DNA of 60,838 nucleotides, the filler included, from Basidiobolus ranarum (lineage: Eukaryota): NCBI GenBank assembly GCA_040143965.1. It is 11 parts of 11 records of this genome, joined end to end, with 100 filler letters (N's around TTAATTAATTAA, not from the genome) between each part and the next. Parts side by side here need not be neighbours in the genome. Positions count along the whole stretch, not along the records: positions 49,888 to 55,314 come from JASJQH010001602.1; positions 55,415 to 60,838 come from JASJQH010001603.1; 9 more parts are not named here. One strand, written 5' to 3'. Shown here piece by piece: positions 52,701 to 60,838 of the stretch (position 1 is its first letter; every line of letters starts with the position of its first letter). Position numbers and translations under genes: made by a program. Under the pieces are notes generated by a model, which was given only the letters and a program-made list of their open reading frames with translations, had not been told where the DNA came from and ran no database searches.

Positions 52701-53718
52701 AGTCACTGAACCTTGTTGATGGCGATAATTGTAACAGCTGGCTGAGACATTATTTGGGTAGATTTCTCCATGGTAGCTGTACTTGTAACCACGAAACATC
52801 AAGTTCGGTGGTCTCTAGACGAGTAGGCTGTCAAATATGGCGGGTAAAATTGCTAATGTCGCAAATCCCACAACTAGTGCAGTCTTTTCGTCACAAGTCT
52901 ACATGGTACGCACTAACTCACCAGGTAGTAATCCGAGCTTTATCTGATATTTTGCTCATTCGAATACTTACTAAGCAAATGATTTAGCAGCGTTGATTAC
53001 ATGCATATCAAATATAAGCAGAGTCCAAATTCAACAAAGCTCAAGTGGCCATCAAATTAGACCAAACATGAGTAAGAAATATAGAATTTCATTTTGATCA
53101 ATTGCCTAAGTCTACTGCTTACCTAATCTAGAAATGGTCAACACTAAGTACCATTTCGACGGAGTGCAACAATTCTAGTCATAGTGTCCATACATGCAAC
53201 TGTTCATGCGCACTTTGTCAGTAGATGTATATTTAGAGTGACCCGGGCTGGCAACGTACTAATATTACAAATATTGACTAGTACACGGGTTTAGCTATGC
53301 AGCTCATTAATCGCATTAATTGATTAACGGTGCCTTTAGATGATTACTTTTTTGGTGTAGGATTGTTGTTGGTATCAATGAGTGTTGTGATTTGTGTATA
53401 TAGTTGCGGTCTATTGCCTTCACGAAATACAGGTTTGTTCATTGTTTGAGATTTCATTCACTGTACTTCTATATACAGCAAAATTAGGAAGTGCTCTGGC
53501 CATGCTCGGTGTAGTATCCAGGAAGAGTTCTAGTTATGTAGGGCGTAGTATCCAGTATGACCATGAGTCTAAAAATTAGTAGCATGAACGAAATCGTTAT
53601 TTGGAAAGCAACCGATTCACAAACTCATTCTGTGCACAAGATGAAGCCGCAAACCATATAAAACAAAGAAGGGGCACTTCCAGTAAACCTCCATTCCTAT
53701 TCAGTCCTACTAAGCAAT

Positions 53719-54207
53719 ATGAAAAGCTGGTCAATCATTATTTGCTTAACCTCTATACTTTTTCAAGTTATTGCTGGTTCTCAAGGAGTCAATTATATTG
53801 ATAGACGCCAAAAGAAAGTGAAAATCTCTCCATCAGGCAACGGGGATCTTCAAAAAATGCTTACTCTAGTTAACCAGCAGCGTCAACAAAATGGAGTTAA
53901 ACCACTTAAACTGGACAATCGTTTGGTACAAGCAGCTCAAAAACATACTGATTATCAAGCTCGTGTAGGCCAAATGACTCACGACGAACCTGGAAGACCT
54001 TTGAGTACCCGCGTTACTGAAACTGGTTTCAAATGGAGATCTATCGGGGAAAATGTAGCCCAGGGGTATACTGGTATCGAGGCTGTCATGGAAGGTTGGA
54101 TGAATTCTGCTGGACATCGACGAAACATTCTCAATTCACAATTTACCTCCTTTGGTTCTGGTTATGTTGCCAATAGAAACTACTGGACACAAGTCTTTGG
54201 TGCATAA
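53719..54207 (+). CDS. Secreted CAP/SCP-domain protein of bacterial type (YkwD-like), intronless
   Basis: Signal-peptide-like N-terminus; LVNQQR..NG..PL..D.RL..AAQKH; GENVAQG; WMNSAGHRRNILN; YWTQVFG; no Cys in the domain. Confidence 0.93.
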   Translation: MKSWSIIICLTSILFQVIAGSQGVNYIDRRQKKVKISPSGNGDLQKMLTLVNQQRQQNGVKPLKLDNRLVQAAQKHTDYQARVGQMTHDEPGRPLSTRVTETGFKWRSIGENVAQGYTGIEAVMEGWMNSAGHRRNILNSQFTSFGSGYVANRNYWTQVFGA

Positions 54208-55166
54208 TCTTTCATTTCAGTTTTGTTGTATTGACCCAGTGTGCGATGAGCATGTTATATGTAAAAAGTTATTGTTATGTCTGATACAGTGTTCAGTTGA
54301 AAGACCAAAATAAGACTGCATCCAAATATTCTGTGTATACTAGTAGGCTTCGATGACTTCGCAAATATTGGGCATCTCATGATGAAAAACAAATGGATGG
54401 AATAGACGACTCACATAGTTTGAAACATCCAGTTACAAAGCAACAACAATTGGCAGGAATTACACACCTCAAAGATACAAAAGTATTTCAACTCACACGA
54501 TTACAAACTTTACTGACCCAAGATGTTAAACTAGTATACTGCCCTCAAGTTATAAACTACTCAAAATTATATGTTAAATGTAGATACCAGTACATTCACA
54601 AAGGTTCAACATATTTGGTTCATGCTATGCTTACATGCTAGGTGTTAGCATATTCATTATCATATACGAATTCAACAGTACCTACTATAAGATACGTATT
54701 TCACTCATCTGATCAATGCTTTACTCATTAGACTCATAATGCATGAGCACTTCTAGCAACAATTAATACTTTATATCCCTGGAGGCATACCACGTACATG
54801 GTGTTTTATTTCTCAATATCGTGATTTGGATTCAAGAGTCAACCTGTGACCATTGGGAAATATGCACATACCCAATTATTGCAGAGAGGGTAATATGTGT
54901 ATATGAAGAGGATCATGTCTCTAAAAATTTTATTTTTATTTTCTATCTGGGAATAGTGCTAATTTCAAGCCCTCTATTATGCCTCCCAACCCTTTGAAGC
55001 CTTTACCAAACCCCTATACTCTACACTTGGTCAACGATATGTTCAGTACTGCAGTAATAGCCATTCCAATGGGAAGAGTAAATTTCATTCGGGGTAATTT
55101 CTCACTTTATTGCTATTTCTGAATAGAAACGAATGCATAAATGGTACAGCAATGTAGGATAGTTTC

Positions 55167-55314
55167 TCAATATCTGCGACCAAAGCGGCGTCTACGGCCA
55201 CGATACCTGCGACCACAGCCTCTACAATCGGATTCACCCGAGTCCGAATCTGAGTCTTCTGGTTCTTGTTCATTTGAAGTTTGAGGAGGCTCAGAGTCCT
55301 GTACAGGCCGAAAT
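55167..55314 (-). CDS. 3' end of an unknown gene with an acidic tract followed by an Arg/Gly-rich tail, 5' truncated
   Basis: Open from the contig edge: FRPVQDSEPPQTSNEQEPEDSDSDSGESDCRGCGRRYRGRRRRFGRRY*; GC- and CpG-rich relative to its flank. Confidence 0.6.
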
Positions 55315-55414
55315 NNNNNNNNNNNNNNNNNNNNNNNNNNNNNNNNNNNNNNNNNNNNTTAATTAATTAANNNNNNNNNNNNNNNNNNNNNNNNNNNNNN
55401 NNNNNNNNNNNNNN

Positions 55415-55966
55415 GATTCAAACCAAAACAATGAAGAAAATAGCATTCCTGTGGACCCTTCAACCAAAATTTTGCCTACTAAAGTGCCCAATACAATGCC
55501 AGAAGTTGTAGTACCTTTATCCCAACCAGGAGATCATATTGGAGATCTGCAATGGCTGATGAGTACCAGGCTTTGATTGAAAATTAAACTTGGATTTTAA
55601 ACAACTTACATTATGATAGAATATTAATTGGCTGCCAACAGGTGTTTGAAGTTAAATACAACTCTGATGGCAATATACTAAGGTACAAGGCTAGACTAGT
55701 AGCCAAAGGCTATTCCCAAACACCAGGAATAGATTATATACAAACTTTTGCTCCTATAGCAAAGATTAATTTGATTAGATTGTTTTCAGCAATTTCAGCT
55801 AAACATCAGTTTATTTTACATCAAGTAGATGCTAAAACTGCTTTTTTCAATGGGGAGCTTGCTGAGGAGATCTATATGGACCAGCCAGATGGATTTGTGG
55901 ACCCAGAAAACCCTAAAAAAGTTTGCAGACTCTGGAAGACATTCTATGGCTGAAAACAATCTCCAA
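55415..55966 (+). mobile_element. Ty1/copia RT fragment
   Basis: YKARLVAKGYSQTPGIDY.QTFAP, HQVDAKTAFFNG, IYMDQPDGF, KVCRL.K..YG*KQSP. Confidence 0.93.
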
Positions 55967-56250
55967 GTTATCCTATATTGAACTAACATATTACCCATTA
56001 TTCTCATAAGGAATTTACTCGTAATATTTTTACCAAGTTAGAAGTTCTCAGATATATAGATTTTTCAAAGAAGCCTCAAACTTTGCACACATATTCCTGT
56101 GACCTTCATTAACACATTTTAAATGTTAGTTTGTTTACTTATTGACAAAGGTATTAATCTGAACTTTCTAAGCAATAAATCAATCAGTGAAATCACTAAC
56201 TTCTCTAATTCTCCAAATCACCTCCAACAGGCTCCCAGATACTTTGATAT
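55967..56250 (+). repeat. LTR family B (5'-deleted), fused directly to copia RT
   Basis: Matches 16245-16500 and the reverse complement of 16700-16830 (AGAAGTTCTCAGATATATAGATTTTTCAAA, CTTTGCACACAT). Confidence 0.78.
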
Positions 56251-57347
56251 GTGCAACACTCTAGCTCATTTTTTAATATATAGAAATCTGATCAATGAAA
56301 TCTTTACTTCAACAGAAAAGGGTATATCTCATTTATCTTCCTGCTACTCAAAACATTGCCAACCTATCCCAATTATTTACAGCATTACCTAGTAGATAAT
56401 AAGCTTCTTTGATGGTGCTAGAGTTCTCTAATACCTTTGCTTACTTCTAAATATGGTATCCTTCTCGAAGTAACAGTTGAATCAGACACATATCCAACTA
56501 CAACAACAAACATATTAAAGAGCGAGAATGAATATTCATACACAGAGTTCATTCCTATGACAATAGTAACCAACATCTAGAACCTATGTTTTACAATTGT
56601 CACTGAATTGAACACCAAGAGAGGAGTTACTATTTCACTGGTATGGGAAGTTTCAAGAGCTAGGAATTTGATGAAAATTAGAAACTAGGCATCAGTGTTT
56701 GAAGTTAGAAGTTTCTTCCCCAAACATTCCCTCCCTAAATGAAAATTAGAGATGGGAAACTAATCACCAAGAGAAGCAAGTTTCAGTAACGCCAATATTA
56801 CATAATTTCACTAATATTTATTGAACTAAGGATATTCATAAGGATTTTTGTTATACATAAAAATGGGACCTAATTTTTTCTCCACATTAGAGCATCTAAT
56901 GGTCAAACGAAAGCGATTAAAGATCATCGCACTTCAAGTCATTTGAGCATAAGAGTATCAAGGGTAGGCAACATATGTACTAACGAAATTCGTGGTATTA
57001 AAAATAAAATATCAAGGCCAGCTACACAGTAATCTATATACATTGTTGAGGATTCTCAGCTCCGGGACATGACTTGCTTCTTGGTCAGGTTGTTCAAGCA
57101 AACTTGAGTTAAATATTGAGAGTGGCATCAGTTTGATTCTACAGGGCATGGAAATCTCTGGAGATCTTTTTAAAAGGATGCTTGCTGATTTCTCGGATGT
57201 ATAGGATTGACCAGAAATATAGACGTTGGAAGGAACTTTGTCTGTTGTTCTTCTGTGGTGCTCACCCAGTGAGTTACACGCTAGCCCACATTGAACATGG
57301 CTTACGATGGGATATTTGGAATTGTTGAATGTACATACAGCACCCCC

Positions 57348-58624
57348 TCAGCTACGAAATTTTTCTCGTAATGCTTTCCTAACATCTTGATTAAATCCGT
57401 ACAAGATACTGTTAAGCATTCCTCCACATGAAGGCATAATCAGACATGAAGCTGGTTGCAAGTAAGTATCATTCACCATATCTACAAGTATCACTACGAT
57501 AACTGGTAGCCATATAAGTAAATAGATAGTAGGTAGTAAATACATGCAGTTGATTGCTTTCGTGAGTTCCTTTTCCAACGAAGTTTGACTATTTTTTCGA
57601 GTACATGGTAGCTGACGTTGAATGAACATGGTTTTACCTTGTACAAAGGTACACATTTTGGCCAAAAACCCCTCACTTATAGGCTCCTCAATGGCAGTAT
57701 CATGCAACGACTCTTCTATTACTAGTACAGAGGTGCGAGACATTTCAAGATGAAAGTCCAAGGGTGTAGAGCTTCGCACCGCATGCATATTATTTATATG
57801 AACAAGAGCGTTGGTATATGCCATCGTATTGATTCTAGTAGAAGTGACTTCCGCTCTAGATCGCTTCAGAATTCCAGCCAAGTTAAGGTTTAGTATAATA
57901 AACCCGATAATAAACGATGTTTTGGGCCCTTGGGCGAATATCCATATCACCCAACCAGGCTCTGTATCGATCCAACACCAGCCTGCGACCACTAAAAATG
58001 TAGAAATGGAATTTAAATGATGGAAAAGTAAGCCTAGGACAATAAAATCAAATTACCTGGGGAATAACCAGCAATAAAGATACTCACGGTGGCCGTGGTT
58101 ACGGGGATTATCCATATGAGTGCTAGAATCCAGAAGAAATAACTTTGGATGAAAGTTTGTCTATTAAACCAAACAAGTGGCTTCTTAAGACATATGTAAG
58201 TTACAAAGGCAATGCTACATATGGTCAAATCCGCTGCCTTGTAGTTCATTAGTAACGAGGCGAGTGCTCAGATTTATACAAAACATACGACATACTTGAG
58301 TTCCGACTTGAAATATATATCCCATGCTATAGCATACAGCCAGATTTTTCGGATAGCCATGATCGCAAATGCAAAAAAGCAAAATGCTTAGGGAAGCAAG
58401 CAGATCTAAAGGAAATGTGAAAAATGCATCATCAGATCGATTCTAGATTGATTCCTAATCGTTTACTAAATGTGAGATATACCAGCAAATGCTAGGCTCA
58501 TTACTAAGCGATGTCTAATGTTTTTTCTTCGGATGAGTGCCAAGTTTATGACGATCACCAGAAAACAGCTCAAAAAACCTAAGCTACTTGTTACAAGAAG
58601 AAGGATTCTTATTATAGTAAGCAT
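57348..58624 (-). CDS. Seven-TM GPCR, cAMP-receptor-like/Git3-like, 4 exons
   Basis: Spliced: MLTIIRILLL..HRLVMSLAFA|DLLASL..CYSMGYIFQ|AADL.ICSIAFVTY..|AGWCWI..YLLPTIYLLIWLP..GGMLNSILYGFN. Confidence 0.88.
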
Positions 58625-60838
58625 GCTGGCGCGCACTTTACTGGAGAATCACGATTCTCGTGAAGAAGGGTTTGACAAGCGCGAACAGTAGAGGTGGATT
58701 CTCTGAGGATGCTGAGCAGCCATCAGGGCAGTATATATATAACTTCCTACTTTCTCTATTTGGTAATGGCTCAATTACTAGATTGTCCCTTATGGGCTTG
58801 ATCGCTACATTACTGAGTAGATAACAAATTTCTAGGGTGTAGGCCCGAAGCTAAGAAATGAATATCACCAGATTCAGTCATCAATAGATTTCAGTAAGGT
58901 ACAAGTAATGGCCCCTTCAAGGATAATTTCTCCACAATGTTTAGCTACAGTCATCAAAACTACTGGTGGTTTGCTCCATTTCAACCGACGGTTTCTGATG
59001 TTAGCGTCATTTAGACAAGCAATACAAACCATGACTCTACGATATTGTCTCACAATCCGTCAAACCCTGCCTCGTGATTTGATAGGATACTGATGCCTAA
59101 AGGAGGGTAGAACATTATTTGTTATTTGAAGGCTAGGCATTATCAAGGTTGGAAGTACAAATTGGAGTTGACCATCCATTTGTCTTCTTAAATTCGACTG
59201 CTCGAATGAGACACAGTTGGCATTTTTTCATGGTTTGCCATCGAAATCGATCTGAAATCGATATCGCATGAGAGAGACGGCGGACCACTCTCTTGGAAGC
59301 GGCCACTTAACCTAGAAAGGCTAGTCAAGAATAGTACTCCAAGTTCTTACAATAGTGATAGTTCGAGATAAACTGTTACTCTGGAGACTATATTCATCCC
59401 TTCTACAGAGAGGCATCGAGAAGTCCTGTTTAACCGTTGCCTGCGTGGTTTGAATTCTATCAAATTGAAGCTCCGAAGCCACTGAGACTCAATTAGTGAG
59501 TGGAAATCATCTGAGTTCATCAACCACTAAAACTTCTAGTAGTATGGCGCACTGGCCACAATGAGATAGGCAAAGTCACTGGTAAGCCGTGTGATTGGGT
59601 AATGTTGCCATTCAGGCTAGGGAGATTAGGTCATATCTTTCTATATGTTCATCTCACGATATCCGCGATTTCCATGAGTACCCAAGATGTCTTGCAGCTA
59701 TTAGGAGCAATGCTTAATTGAGAAGCTATGATGTAATAATGGCTCATTTGGATTTAGGTGGTGTTCAAATCGCTAGTAAGTTCCTCATGGACCACTATGA
59801 TGATTACTTGTTGTCATTACTCCAAAAATTCCAAAGCCAAAGAGAGATCAGACGCTCGGTAATGGCATGTTTTTCTGAGACAATACCATCAGTTGATCTT
59901 AGAGTGATTCCATGGTGCTATATTGGTGTGATCTGGCTAGTGGCAGTGTTGCATCCAAAACTGAGTCAATTAGGCAAAACAATATATGTATTGCAGCCTG
60001 TGCTAGCTCTGAAAAGGAATAAATCTCTCAGTGACTACGCCTAATGTTCATTGACATCATTGATTTTCAACTGCTAATAGTGATTCGCGCTATAATTCCT
60101 CACTTCTTTATGATGAACCAGTGTCCAATGATGGGTGCCATGTATAAAATGTTAAATGAATCGGTCACAAAGCTAGAATCAAGATATCCAGTTCCATATT
60201 TCTGCATGTCTTACAAAGAGTTAGTAATCAGTTAGATCCGTTGTATCTCTTTCCATATCAAGATACACACAACCTACTCTAAACCACATTCGAACGTTTG
60301 ACTCTAGAGGCCTATAGTGCACTTCAAATGAGTAGTATATATGAATATGCTGCAGCAGAGCAGGTTGGCTGACGATACTCCCATATCATGAGGTAACAAG
60401 AACATGATGTGATTGTTTACATGTGTTATTGGTGTATGAGCTGAACTCCTCAAAATTACCTTGAGACATATTAAATTACTCTACAAATTTCATTATGGCG
60501 AAACAAACGAGTGAAAAGAGCAGGTTTGAGAGAGCAATTGGTGCATACAAATCTTCTCTGATTAATATCAAGCCCCGTCTAACATGAAAATTCGGAGGTA
60601 TCTGTAATGGGAGATTTTCATGTGGCATATGAGAATGACTTCCTGTGGTTTCCAAGTATGCATAATGCTATGAGCTCGAGTCGAGGTTGGAGTACATCTG
60701 GAAGGAAACTTCAACCCAAATGAAAGTTGAAATCCCCATCTAAAACTATGCATCAGTATCGAGTAGGTTAGCATTTGTCACGTGTTTAGTTTATATTTCA
60801 CATGTATCTGTCGGGGTTAATTCTTGAACAGGATAAGT

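Noticed and set aside
1..60838. A multi-gene cluster or system linking TFs, transporter, CAP and GPCR; tRNA, rRNA or CRISPR
   Set aside because: These genes lie on separate contigs. I saw no tRNA/rRNA signatures or repeat-spacer arrays by eye; a covariance-model scan was not possible.

Overview
Eukaryotic, intron-rich, AT-rich fungal DNA. An early-diverging fungus (Basidiobolus/Zoopagomycota- or Mucoromycota-like) is my inference from protein families and intron style and is not proven. The window is not one locus: it is 11 contigs of about 5.4 kb, sorted by decreasing length and joined by an artificial 100-nt spacer (N44-TTAATTAATTAA-N44), so only within-contig adjacency means anything. Contents: housekeeping genes (PSY2/PP4R3, SPF27, VPS18, VMA7, DNAJC11, MRPS8, SET1), a Zn2Cys6 and a GATA transcription factor, a maltose O-acetyltransferase-like gene, an MFS transporter, an Hsp31/DJ-1 protein, a cAMP-receptor-like GPCR, a LITAF-domain gene missing from the ORF track, a Thr-rich repeat protein with a C-terminal chitin-binding-like module, a bacterial-type CAP protein, and many dead Ty1/copia elements with two LTR families plus a CACTA/EnSpm transposase fossil. 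The most notable signals are repeat-restricted CpG loss with Arg-to-Cys decay (methylation-driven TE mutation), the 11/15-aa two-unit repeat protein, the bacterial-type CAP gene and an acidic/Arg-rich peptide tail. I found no clearly supported novel multi-gene system, CRISPR array or RNA gene.
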